Source of the DNA: an uncultured Erysipelotrichaceae bacterium
GTDB lineage: Bacteria; Bacillota_I; Bacilli_A; Erysipelotrichales; Erysipelotrichaceae
DNA: 32,000 bases
Direction: 5' to 3'
NCBI GenBank assembly: GCA_964436975.1
Contig: CAYTET010000001.1
Coordinates: 1-32,000, forward strand
In this document: piece by piece, positions 9,564 through 19,176 of the stretch
How the letters are laid out: every line of letters starts with the position of its first letter
Position numbering within the stretch: the first letter of the stretch is position 1
The notes under the pieces: model-generated
Database searches by the model: none
What the model was told of the DNA's origin: nothing
What the model saw: only the letters and a program-made list of their open reading frames with translations
Position numbers and translations under genes: made by a program

Positions 9564-10490
9564 CTAATAGCTGGGAATGCGCTGGCCGGTTTCAACGCTG
9601 TGCTGGATGCGCAGTATTTCATCCCGGTCAATTATCCGCTTCAGCAAAAGGCCAATGATCGGCTCGTCTTTTTTGGTAATAATGACGGCATTGGTATCTT
9701 CTGATTTGCCGTAAGAAACCGGCACGCAGTGCACATCACTCATTTTCTCGATTATCTCATCCTCATTCCAAACCGTCGCATCCAGATCCCCGCTCTGAAC
9801 CAGTGACAGCAGCCGGTTGTACTCCACCGGACAGTACTGGACTGTTTTGCCGCGGCAGGCATTGTGCGTCATATCGCTCTGGTCAATGGAATCGGCATCA
9901 ATGCCGATCCGCATGCCGTCTTTGATGGCGCTGTCGGCCGGATTATGGAAAATGATTACATGCGACGAGCAGTATGTGCCGATGCCGAATTCACAGACGA
10001 TGTCGATGCTGTCGGCATGCTGACGGATATACTTTTTGGCCGCATATTTAGAGACAACCGCAAAATCATAGCGGTTTTCCAAAACCATGGCGATCCGGTT
10101 TTTGGCTCCCCGCATATAAGACAGGCTGACCGGAATCTCATCCTTGTTTTCCATTTCACTGATAAGACCGGTGGCCAGGCCTTCGTATTTTTTTGAATAT
10201 GGCAGCGGCATGGCCCCGACCAGCATTTCAATGCCGGCAAACTCTAAAAGGATGTGGTCGTTCTTCTGCGTCAGAAAGGAACCCAGATAACCCCGGCTGG
10301 TGATATGGATAGCCTCATTGTCCTGCAGGGTGCGGATGGCCGACTGCACTGTTCCCCGCGAGATCTGCAGCTTTTCGCTCAGCTCGGTGACAGTCGGGGT
10401 CTTAGCCAAAACCGCGCAGATTAAAAATTCTTTGGCAATGCTTTTAACGGCCAGGCCGTTCTTGCTCATTAAGATGTTTTGATAATCCAT
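9564..10490 (-). CDS. yhfZ: YhfZ-like transcriptional regulator: N-terminal HTH plus periplasmic-binding-like C-terminal domain
   Basis: TVTELSEKLQISRGTVQSAIRTLQDN HTH; C-terminal segment YDFAVVSKYAAKKYI; operon context. Confidence 0.75.
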   Translation of the reverse strand: MDYQNILMSKNGLAVKSIAKEFLICAVLAKTPTVTELSEKLQISRGTVQSAIRTLQDNEAIHITSRGYLGSFLTQKNDHILLEFAGIEMLVGAMPLPYSKKYEGLATGLISEMENKDEIPVSLSYMRGAKNRIAMVLENRYDFAVVSKYAAKKYIRQHADSIDIVCEFGIGTYCSSHVIIFHNPADSAIKDGMRIGIDADSIDQSDMTHNACRGKTVQYCPVEYNRLLSLVQSGDLDATVWNEDEIIEKMSDVHCVPVSYGKSEDTNAVIITKKDEPIIGLLLKRIIDRDEILRIQHSVETGQRIPSY

Positions 10491-10612
10491 TTTGCGGGCT
10501 GCCTTTTCTTTTCATCCGTATCATAGCACGGAATAAACCCCTAAGAGAATATCCATTATGCTTTTTGCCGCCGGAATCAGACCGGCCGCCGTTTTATCAA
10601 AACTTTTTTTGT

Positions 10613-10625
10613 GATATCGTATATC
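10613..10625. promoter_or_regulatory. Small palindrome GATAT-cgt-ATATC in the divergent yhfZ/esterase intergenic region; operator candidate
   Basis: Seen directly; 29 nt upstream of the esterase ATG. Confidence 0.3.
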
Positions 10626-10653
10626 TAAAGAAGATTATCTACAGGAGGATAAT

Positions 10654-11778
10654 ATGCCCAGAAAATATGATCCGGCAATAATTGAGGCAATGAACCGGAA
10701 GGCCTGTACTGTTGAATATGAAGGTGTAAAGGTTTTGGTAAAACCGATTCCGGAAGGCGGGGATGACGGGGACATGGATCCCCGGCTCTACCAGTCCATG
10801 AAGAAACTACCGTTTCTAGCCCATTTCATGCCCAAGCCCAAAAAGGACGCAACGGTGCTGGAGCAGATCATGCCGCTGCGCAAGATGTTTGGCGAGTATA
10901 AGGGTGAAATCCTCGTGACGGAAGGCCTTCATAAAGAAGAAATCACCGTGCCCAGCGCTGACGACTATGCCGTCCCGGTCCGGATTTACCGCCGGCAGTC
11001 AGCCGGCCAGAATTTGCCGGTGATGGTCTATATCCACGGCGGCGGCTTTTTTGGCGGCGGCATGGATATCGTCGAACAGATGTGCGAACTGCTGGTGACT
11101 GATCTGGACTGTGTCTGTCTGAATGTCGGCTACCGGCTCTGCCCGGAAAACCATTATCCCCAGCCTTTTGATGACTGCTGGGCCGCCGTTAAGTATATCT
11201 ATGACCACGCCGGCCAGTACGGCGCTGATAAGAATAAGATTGCGGTAGGCGGCGACAGCGCCGGCGGCAATCTGGCCGCCGGACTGGCCCTGAAGGACCG
11301 CGATGACAATACCGGCATGATTAAGCTGCAGGTGCTGATCTATTCTTCCGTCAACATTGCCGGTCAGAAAACAGCTTATTACAAGGGTGTTGACAACAGC
11401 CTGTACCATACTTCCCGCAAGCATGCCAAAGTTTTAAATGCCGTCTTTAATCTGATGGGCGGTCTGCTTAATGGCAATGGCAGCCTGCTCAACGATGTCT
11501 ATCTGCAGAACAGCGTTGCGCCTGACTGCATATACGTATCCCCGCTGCTGGATGACTTCCACAATCCGACCCCGGCTTTGCTGGCGTTCGGCGAGCATGA
11601 CATGCTGGCCTTTGAAGATTTTGCCTATGCCCAAACGGCGACAGCCGCCGGCATGGATCTGAAAACCATCATCTACCGCGGCTTAAGTCATGGCTTTGCC
11701 GATCAGATTGGCGTCATGCCGCAGGCAGAAGACCTGATGGCCGAAACGGCCCGGCGCATGCAGGAAGTCTTGAAATAG
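10654..11778 (+). CDS. Alpha/beta hydrolase, HSL/acetyl-esterase family
   Basis: YIHGGGFFGGG oxyanion motif, GGDSAGGNLAA nucleophile elbow, C-terminal GLSHGFADQ; RBS AGGAGG at proper spacing. Confidence 0.9.
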   Translation: MPRKYDPAIIEAMNRKACTVEYEGVKVLVKPIPEGGDDGDMDPRLYQSMKKLPFLAHFMPKPKKDATVLEQIMPLRKMFGEYKGEILVTEGLHKEEITVPSADDYAVPVRIYRRQSAGQNLPVMVYIHGGGFFGGGMDIVEQMCELLVTDLDCVCLNVGYRLCPENHYPQPFDDCWAAVKYIYDHAGQYGADKNKIAVGGDSAGGNLAAGLALKDRDDNTGMIKLQVLIYSSVNIAGQKTAYYKGVDNSLYHTSRKHAKVLNAVFNLMGGLLNGNGSLLNDVYLQNSVAPDCIYVSPLLDDFHNPTPALLAFGEHDMLAFEDFAYAQTATAAGMDLKTIIYRGLSHGFADQIGVMPQAEDLMAETARRMQEVLK

Positions 11779-11849
11779 CGGTTCAGATTTTCGATTGATC
11801 CGCAGATAGGCATAAAGCCGGCCTTAATGCCGGCTGAAAGGAGTCAAAC

Positions 11850-12761
11850 ATGAACCGGAAAACATATCTGGCTGTCGATATCGGCGGCACGGAAATAAAG
11901 TGGGCTCTGATTGATGAAGAGCTGCAGATAATCAAGCAGGGCCGGTCGGCCAACAATATTAAAAGCACAGCTAAAATGGTTGATGCAATTGAACAGCTGG
12001 CTAAAGAAAACCAGGATTGCGGCGGCATCGGAATCAGCGTGCCCGGCACGGTTAAGATGGATGATCCCGACGGCACCGTCTATGGCGGCGGCAACTGTTA
12101 TTTTCTTGACAGGGCCCCTTTGGGAAAACAGGTCAGGGAAAGATGCCAGCTGCCCGTGGCGGTGCTTAATGACGGCAAGTGCGGCGTACTGGGTGAATAT
12201 GAAGCCGGCGTTCTGAAAGGTGTTTCCAGCGGAGTGGTTCTGGCTTTGGGAACCGGCGTCGGCGGCGGCATTATCATCAACGGCAGCATTCTTGAAGGCT
12301 TCCATAGTTTTGCCGGCGAATTCAGCTTTCTGAGCACCAATACCGAAAAGCCTTTCTCCATCAGCTCGGCCGTCGGCGGGGTATGCGGCTGGCCGGCCCT
12401 AAAAAACGATGTCCTGACCGCCATGAATAAAAAAGACAGTGCTGGTATCAACGGCTACACCATCTTCCAGTGGATTGAAGAAGGCAATAAAGATGCCCAG
12501 AAGGGTCTGGACACCTATGCCTTCCGGATTGCCCAGCTGATCATGCAGCTGCAGTCTGTCGTTGATCCGGAATGCTTCGTTATTGCCGGCGGTATCAGTG
12601 CCCGCCCGGCGCTGCTTAAGGCCATTCAAAACCAGCTGGATGCCATCCGCAAAGCCATCCGCTTCAGCCAGATTCCGGCCCCCACGGTCAAAGCGGCCGC
12701 CCTGGGCAATGATGCCAATCTGGTCGGAGCCGCCGCTTTTCTGCTGAAGCAGCTATCGTAA
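11850..12761 (+). CDS. ROK family sugar kinase (short form without the CXCGXXGC zinc motif; BglK-like candidate)
   Basis: LAVDIGGTEIKWALID, GVVLALGTGVGGGIIINGSILEGFHSFAGEFS. Confidence 0.88.
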   Translation: MNRKTYLAVDIGGTEIKWALIDEELQIIKQGRSANNIKSTAKMVDAIEQLAKENQDCGGIGISVPGTVKMDDPDGTVYGGGNCYFLDRAPLGKQVRERCQLPVAVLNDGKCGVLGEYEAGVLKGVSSGVVLALGTGVGGGIIINGSILEGFHSFAGEFSFLSTNTEKPFSISSAVGGVCGWPALKNDVLTAMNKKDSAGINGYTIFQWIEEGNKDAQKGLDTYAFRIAQLIMQLQSVVDPECFVIAGGISARPALLKAIQNQLDAIRKAIRFSQIPAPTVKAAALGNDANLVGAAAFLLKQLS

Positions 12762-12772
12762 TATTCCTCTGA

Positions 12773-12800
12773 CAGGGCTGGCTGACAGCCCTGTTTTTTT
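12773..12800 (+). terminator. Rho-independent terminator after ROK kinase
   Basis: CAGGGCTG-gctga-CAGCCCTG followed by T7. Confidence 0.92.
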
Positions 12801-12900
12801 ATTGCTAAAAAGAGTCAGCCGATTTCCGCCATTTTATGGTCATATTGTTGATGGCATCGGCAGATGCCGTCAGCTATACTTTCAATGGAGGAATTGTCAT

Positions 12901-13716
12901 ATGAATTACTATCATCACCAAATTCTGTCACCCCGGATTATCCGCATTATCGATTTTCTGGATGTCTGCTGCTACCTGGTCATCGGAAATGAAAAAGCCG
13001 TTTTAATTGATACCTGCGATGGTTTCGGCAATATACGGCAGTATGCGCAGACTTTGACCGATAAGCCTGTTTTTGTCATTCTGACCCACGGTCATATTGA
13101 TCATGCGCCCGGCGCGGTCTATTTTGATGAAATATATATGAATCATAACGACATGGCTCTGCTCAGCGAATCCGCCAGCCGGGCTAACCGGCTGCAGTCT
13201 TTCGGTCAGGATCCCAGATGCGCTGGCATCGCCGAGAGTGAATATGCACCCGACATCAGCCAGCCGATCAAGGATATTGCGGATGGTCAGGAATTTGATC
13301 TGGGCGGCTGTACCGTAAAAATGCTGCTGTGCCATGGCCATACCCAGGGAATGATGATGGCTTTGATCAAAGAAGAGAGAACAATCGTTTTCGGAGACGG
13401 CTGCGGTGTCGGCGTGCTGCTGTTTGGAGAGCACTCCTCCTGTGTGTCCGCTTACCGGAAAAGCCTGCTGGCAATCAAGCAGCATGAAGACGAATATGAT
13501 ACCGTCATCCGCAACCACGGCACTTTTGAATCACCGAAGCAGCTGCTGGACAATGTCATCGGCTGCTGTGATGATATCCTGAACGGCCATGCCTGCGGTC
13601 AGACCATTGTGACCCACGGCATCAAGTTCTTTATCGCTGAAGCCATTGACGAAAAAGAAAACCGTCTGGACGGTTTGCAGGGCAATATAAAATACACGGC
13701 CGACAAGGCCTGCTGA
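12901..13716 (+). CDS. Metallo-beta-lactamase-fold hydrolase
   Basis: LTHGHIDHAPGA motif, CHGHTQG, IRNHGT; RBS tggagga upstream of ATG at 12901 (ORF track start 12802 is upstream). Confidence 0.85.
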   Translation: MNYYHHQILSPRIIRIIDFLDVCCYLVIGNEKAVLIDTCDGFGNIRQYAQTLTDKPVFVILTHGHIDHAPGAVYFDEIYMNHNDMALLSESASRANRLQSFGQDPRCAGIAESEYAPDISQPIKDIADGQEFDLGGCTVKMLLCHGHTQGMMMALIKEERTIVFGDGCGVGVLLFGEHSSCVSAYRKSLLAIKQHEDEYDTVIRNHGTFESPKQLLDNVIGCCDDILNGHACGQTIVTHGIKFFIAEAIDEKENRLDGLQGNIKYTADKAC

Positions 13717-13720
13717 ATAA

Positions 13721-15737
13721 TCAGTTAAAGCTGCGGCCGTTGAGCAGAATCTGCTCGTTATACTGCCGCAGATATTTTTTAAGCTGCTCCAGATCCATTC
13801 CGTCCAGCAGCATCTTGGTTACAGTTTCGTCTGAAACGGTAATGTTTATGAGGTGGGGCAGCGACTCATTTTCAAAATTGTTAGCCTCGGATGTGACCAG
13901 GCCCCGGTCCCAGTAGACAATGATCTGGGCCTTGTGCAGTTTCCACTGAATAGCCTTCTTCAAAATGAAGATGCCCACAAACACCTTGGCGGTATGCCCT
14001 TCCAAAGGCGTCAGGTAAACAACATTGTTAAGGTCCATGCTCTGAAAATAGCGCTCGGATTTCAAAAGCGAATCATAGACCCCTTTTTTGGTGGCTGATC
14101 TGGCTTCAACATAGGATGCAATATAGCGGAAAACCTCATCCTTATTCTTAGCCGGCAGACCGTTTTCAATGCTGATTCCCTCATTCATATAGACATGATT
14201 GGAAATGCCCTTGGAAGCAATGTGCTGAACGATAGTCCAGCGAATCTGCTGCTTTTCCTTCTCGCTGAAAAAGACGTCGGTATTGATGACGGTTATATTA
14301 GATGGCATGATAGGCAGGGTCTGAGACGGTACGGAGGTAAAGACAAAATCATAATGTGAAAGGTCAAGATTATGCAGTTCATAGATATTGCAGGGCACAA
14401 AATCCTGAATCTTTCCGCCAAAATTACGCTGCAGTCTTTCGGCCATGCCCTTGGCAACCGATTTATTTACCTGGGAAACCACCAGAGCCTTGGCTGACCG
14501 GAAACTGAAGGGATAGCGGCCGAATACCGGATGAATCAGGCAGGCCAGCTTATAGATTTCATCAGCATCAAGTTTAATCTTGTACTGCTCCTCCAGAAAT
14601 ACGGCCGACTGAATAGCCAGTTTGCGGGCCATCAGACCCAGCGGAAGACCGGACAGCCGGTAGTTAGTGTGCAGATGAAACTCCATCCGCATGCTTATCT
14701 GCAGCAGATTCATGCTGATAGTATCAATCAGTTCCATATCTTTGCCGATATAATCAAAATCGTTGATATCGTGCAGGTAGTTTGAAACCGCAAACGCCAT
14801 CTCGCGGCAGGTCAGATAGTTCTCCCTGAGGGGGAAATCAGAGGGCTGCAGCATATTGCGGTTGGCAATAATGAAGATCGCGATATAAATATCATCGCAG
14901 GTATAAAAGGCCGTCTTGAGCAGTTCCGCGGCTTTTTTAGTTATAATTTTAGCCGTGTAATAGGAATTGCGGGCCAAAAAGCGGTCCTGGACATCATCAT
15001 CATAACTTAGCCGGTAACCCTGCCTGTTGCGCTGGCCCATAATGTAAATGCTGCTGGCCAGACTGGCAATTTCAGTGTCGGACAGGTCATTGCGGGAATA
15101 AGCATCCACATTTTCCAGCACAATCTGCTGCAGAGCATACATTGTCTCTTCCGGCATCTGGTATAAGGTCCCGTAGTCTTCAGCCAACTGCAGCTGGCAG
15201 CGCTGATAATAGTAGTTTTCACAGTTCAGGCAGGCCCGGATGTCAGCTTCCCTGCCATCGATATACAGACCGTGCTTGCTGCGGGTCTTAACTTCAATCG
15301 CAAAACCAGCCAGAATCTCTTTGGCATTATTGTAGTCATTCAGCACCGTCGTCCGGTTCAGGTACATCAGTGATTCCAGATCCTCGATCCGGCTGTATTC
15401 TTTCTGGCAGAGCAGGTAGCGGACGATCAGGTGGGCCCGCTGCTCAAACAGCGGAATCATCTGGTCGGTCTGATTATCATAGGCGCAGGCTTTGATGTAA
15501 TTGTCCAGCTTGGCTTCGTCATTGACGATCAGAAGATAGCCGGCCCCGGACCGGCAGTCCAGTTCTGCCCCGTTTTCTTTAAGCTTGTCCTGCATGTCCG
15601 CCAGAATCGTGCGGATTGTCTTGCTGGAAAAACCCAGATTGCCGGCAAAAAAAACCGGAACTCAGCCGCTGCTGGCGGTCCCGCATCAATTCAACTATTT
15701 TGATCTGAATCCGGTTCAGCTGTTCTGCCATATTCAT
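13721..15737 (-). CDS. PRD-containing transcriptional regulator/antiterminator family (BglG/LicR/MtlR-like). Intact ORF is 13721..15595; its HTH start is encoded out of frame up to about 15737
   Basis: 624-aa ORF with PRD-like helical repeats, EIIB-like segment (YDFVFTSVPSQ) and EIIA-like tail. Upstream frame encodes MAEQLNRIQIKIVELMRDRQQRLSS, joined to FFAGNLGFSSKTIRTILADMQDKLK only by removing one T from a T8 run. Confidence 0.75.
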
Positions 15738-15826
15738 ATTTTAGCATATTAGCCCGGCCGGGGCTAATGACTGCTCCTTTCAATCAGGCCCGAAAAACGA
15801 TAAAATAAACGGGAAAAGAGTCTGCC

Positions 15827-16369
15827 ATGACAAATCATCTGTCGCTTTATATCCCGGCTGTCAGCCAGCTTGGCTACCGGCAAAAACTGCTGGCTGATCC
15901 GTCTACCATGGCCTGCAATAAGGACTGCCCTCTGCCAACCCCTAATTATCACAATGACACCGGCTGTCTTGATTTTTTTGAAACGCAGTGGCAGGACTGG
16001 TACCGCCGCTTTGTCACAGCCTGACCTGACCGCTTCTATGCCTATATCCGGCGCGATGAGGATAACATCTTTATCGGTGAAACCGTACTGCGCAGAGATG
16101 ACATCGGCTCATTCTATAATATGGGCGTAGTCATCCAGCATAAGTTCCGTAACTGCGGATATGGCGCCGTCGCCCTGGACCTGCTGCTGAAGCAGGCCTT
16201 TGAGCAGATGGCCATTGCCGAACTGCATAACGATTTTGAAGTCAGCCGCATCGCAGCTCTTAAGATTCATCTTGCGGCCGGTTTTACAGTTGTATCCCAG
16301 ACCGGGCCGCTGACCCATCTGGTGCTGACCCGTCAGCAGTATGCTGCCAGCCGGAAAAACCAACGTTGA
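15827..16369 (+). pseudogene. GNAT-family N-acetyltransferase interrupted by one in-frame TGA at 16022-16024
   Basis: Same frame before and after: ...WQDWYRRFVTA*PDRFYAYIRRDEDNIFIGETVLRRDDIGSFYNMGVVIQHKFRNCGYGAVALDLLLKQAF... Confidence 0.75.
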
Positions 16370-16372
16370 ACA

Positions 16373-16394
16373 AAAAGCGGCTCGGACCGCTTTT
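16373..16394. terminator. Bidirectional terminator between convergent genes
   Basis: AAAAGCGG-ctcgga-CCGCTTTT. Confidence 0.85.
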
Positions 16395-16403
16395 AGTAGG
16401 CTA

Positions 16404-17462
16404 TCAGTCAAGGCTGCCGAATTCCTTCTGCAGATCAACACACTGAAACTTTTTATCATAGTCATAGATCAGCTTTTCAACCTGCGGCTGCAGGGTCTGA
16501 TCAAAAAGGAAGTAATCAAGGTACTCATAATGCCGGCCGCGGGCGCTGTTGACCACCGCTCCCTGACCGGCCAGCAGTTCCGTCAGCCTTCTTTCCATGG
16601 TATCGCGCAAAGCCTGGTCAGCCGCATTATTGCCGACTGTCCGCTTGAAAACCAGAGAATAGTAACCGACGCCGCATGAAATGACGTAGGCGGTTTTATA
16701 GTGATTGGCCTGCTGCTGGTCATTGAGCAGATCAAGGCAGTAGGAAGTCCCCTGGTAAATATCCTTGCGCACTTCATTTGACCGGGCGGCCGTCTCATAA
16801 CTGTCAGCCACCAAAGTAATGTCTTTGGGCAGCGTCCAGCTGCTGGCAGCACAGGCGTTGAGCATATAACTGTCCAGCTCATCTAAAGCCATGATCTGAC
16901 CTTGGTGCAGCAGACGCCCCAGCCGGGTCAGCAGCCCGATTCTGCCGATATAGGCTTCGGTGGCCAGTTCACCGATATAATCCTGCAGCAGCAGGAATAA
17001 AACCGTATAAGTATCAGCCGGAACAAAACCGGCAAAATGTTTTTGATTGGAAAAATCAACATCGAACCTTTTTCTTTTCTTATCCACACTGACCGATACC
17101 TTCATCGCATGGCCGTCAAACTGGCGCTGCTTGTATTCCAAAACTCCCTTATAGGCATGATGGTAATAGTTAAAATTCCACAGCCCCTTCAGACAGGGAT
17201 CCATCTGATCGCACAGATACTTGAACAGCACAAACTTGCTGCCGTCACTGCCGGCATTGAATTCCAGAATATACCGCTTTTCCGCCGCAGGCTTGTAAAG
17301 CCGGAAGATGGCCTGCCCGATGACCGGTTCTAAATGCTGGTGCATGACCGCCGCCGCCTTTTCAAAACTGCCTTCATCAAGCAGGGCTGAAATTTTCTGC
17401 TGGTTGGATGCCAGCCACTGGCTGAAAGTCTGGCAGCGCTGTCGGTAATCGGGAGTCATCAC
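16404..17462 (-). CDS. Hypothetical protein, 352 aa
   Basis: Long ORF with RBS (AGGAGG) before the start; no family recognised. Confidence 0.7.
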   Translation of the reverse strand: MMTPDYRQRCQTFSQWLASNQQKISALLDEGSFEKAAAVMHQHLEPVIGQAIFRLYKPAAEKRYILEFNAGSDGSKFVLFKYLCDQMDPCLKGLWNFNYYHHAYKGVLEYKQRQFDGHAMKVSVSVDKKRKRFDVDFSNQKHFAGFVPADTYTVLFLLLQDYIGELATEAYIGRIGLLTRLGRLLHQGQIMALDELDSYMLNACAASSWTLPKDITLVADSYETAARSNEVRKDIYQGTSYCLDLLNDQQQANHYKTAYVISCGVGYYSLVFKRTVGNNAADQALRDTMERRLTELLAGQGAVVNSARGRHYEYLDYFLFDQTLQPQVEKLIYDYDKKFQCVDLQKEFGSLD

Positions 17463-17488
17463 GGCATACCTCCTGGTGTCTGTTTGAA

Positions 17489-17532
17489 CAAAAAAGCCGG
17501 GCAGACATATCGTTTAGGTATGTCTGCCCGGC
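17489..17532 (-). terminator. Strong terminator downstream of PTS EIID gene
   Basis: 14-bp perfect stem GCCGGGCAGACATA/TATGTCTGCCCGGC, T-run on minus strand. Confidence 0.95.
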
Positions 17533-17546
17533 CGCTAAACTTGCTG

Positions 17547-18350
17547 TTAAGCTAAAAAGCCGATAGCGCCTAACAGAATACCTACTGCAATAATAATCCA
17601 AATCATCTTGGTTGAAGTCATCTTTTTCAGACCCAGGCCCCAATAAATCAGGGCGACAGCCACAACGTTGCCAAAATGAGGGACAATGGTGTTCAGCAGA
17701 TCATTCAGATTCTGGGAGACTTCCCCGATAGTGAAGGTCAGGCCGAATTTGACATTGACCGTAGAAGCCACCAGCGCACCGACGACGGTAATGCCGACGA
17801 TGGAGGCGACTTCAGTCAGATTATGCAGCTGGGCCGTCCGGTTAGTAACAAAGGAAACACCCTGGTCATAAGCAACATAGAACAGTCTGTTGAAAGTAAA
17901 CCAGATCACCAGTTGGACTGCTTCGGCAATGACCCAGCCGAAGATGTTGCCGGCTAAAGCCTGATAGGCGGCAATAGCCCCGAAGATAGTCGGGAACAGA
18001 ACCCAGATGATGGCATCGCCGATACCGGCCAGCGGGCCCATCAGAGCAGTTCTTAACTCAACAGCTGTAAAGGTGGCATCATCGCTCTTGCTTGACTCAA
18101 TGGCCAGGCAGGCTCCCAGCACCAGGTTGCCGCACCAGGGATGCGTATTATAGAATTTGAAATGGCTTCTGTATTTTTCTCTGAGAACTTCGTCATCGCC
18201 ATAAATCTTCTTCATGGCCGGATGAATGGACCAGACCCAGCCGCCCGACTGCATTGTTTCATAGTTGAACGGTGCCTGCCGGGTCCAGATGTATCTGTGC
18301 AGAACCTGCGATAGATCTTTTTTGGTCAGAACGGAATTGTTGTTACTCAT
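17547..18350 (-). CDS. PTS mannose/fructose/sorbose family EIID component
   Basis: MSNNNSVLTKKDL..., NTHPWCGNLVLGACLAIE, MGPLAGIGDAIIW; overlaps EIIC end. Confidence 0.93.
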   Translation of the reverse strand: MSNNNSVLTKKDLSQVLHRYIWTRQAPFNYETMQSGGWVWSIHPAMKKIYGDDEVLREKYRSHFKFYNTHPWCGNLVLGACLAIESSKSDDATFTAVELRTALMGPLAGIGDAIIWVLFPTIFGAIAAYQALAGNIFGWVIAEAVQLVIWFTFNRLFYVAYDQGVSFVTNRTAQLHNLTEVASIVGITVVGALVASTVNVKFGLTFTIGEVSQNLNDLLNTIVPHFGNVVAVALIYWGLGLKKMTSTKMIWIIIAVGILLGAIGFLA

Positions 18351-19134
18351 CTTCGTTAGCTCCTCCCTTAACGGCATTCTGCTGAATAGCCGCCATTTTG
18401 TCGTTATTCTCCAGATACAGATAGATTATGTAGGCAACTACGGCTGCCAGACAGGCAATGGCCAGCATCGGCAGATTGGCATAGGCATACAGCACAAAGC
18501 CGAAGACCAGGAAGATGCCCCATTTTTTGACCGGCAGATACTTCATCAGAATCGCAAAGCCCAATCCAGGCAGCAGACCGGCGCAGACTGACAGGCCGTT
18601 CATCAGCCAGCCAGGAATAGCCGCTATCATCGAGTTGATAAAGTGGGAGCCGACAGTCATAACTAGCAGCACCGGCAGGGTATAAAGCAGGGAACGGGCG
18701 ATCATCCAGCCCCAGACCCAGAAGGTCATGCCCTTCCAGTCGCATTTCTCACTGCAGGCCATCTCGCGATGGATGAACAGTGAACCCATCATCTTCATTA
18801 AAACGTCAAACTCGGTTCCTAAAGTGGCAACCGGAATACCGACAGCCAGACCGGCTTCAATACCGCTGCCGGATGAGATGGCAAACAGCGTGCCGACGGT
18901 TGTTCCCAAAGCATAATCCGGAACAGAAGATCCGCCGTAGCCGCCGATACCCAGACCCATCAGACACATCGTGCCGCCGACAGTAAGTCCGGTGGTCACA
19001 TCGCCCATGATCAGACCGATCACAAAGCCATACAATACCTGTACCCCGTAAGCGAAAACCTGCGCGCTCCAGCCAACCAGTGACATTACGAACACGAACA
19101 GGCAGCTTAACAGGATCTGCATAAATGTAAACAT
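18343..19134 (-). CDS. PTS mannose/fructose/sorbose family EIIC component
   Basis: Polytopic, GGTMCLMGLGIGGYGGSSVPDYALGT; gene order. Confidence 0.9.
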   Translation of the reverse strand: MFTFMQILLSCLFVFVMSLVGWSAQVFAYGVQVLYGFVIGLIMGDVTTGLTVGGTMCLMGLGIGGYGGSSVPDYALGTTVGTLFAISSGSGIEAGLAVGIPVATLGTEFDVLMKMMGSLFIHREMACSEKCDWKGMTFWVWGWMIARSLLYTLPVLLVMTVGSHFINSMIAAIPGWLMNGLSVCAGLLPGLGFAILMKYLPVKKWGIFLVFGFVLYAYANLPMLAIACLAAVVAYIIYLYLENNDKMAAIQQNAVKGGANEDE

Positions 19135-19176
19135 ATGTACACCTCTCCTTTTCTTTTTTCCTTGTTCAGCAAACTT

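Noticed and set aside
11816-11835. AGCCGG-ccttaatg-CCGGCT hairpin between esterase and ROK kinase considered as a terminator
   Set aside because: No T-tract follows; likely only a weak intergenic hairpin, genes may be cotranscribed
15764-15952. 62-aa minus-strand ORF upstream of the PRD regulator, considered as its missing N-terminus
   Set aside because: No HTH character, and the real N-terminal coding (MAEQLNRIQ...) is found closer, at 15737-15650 in another frame
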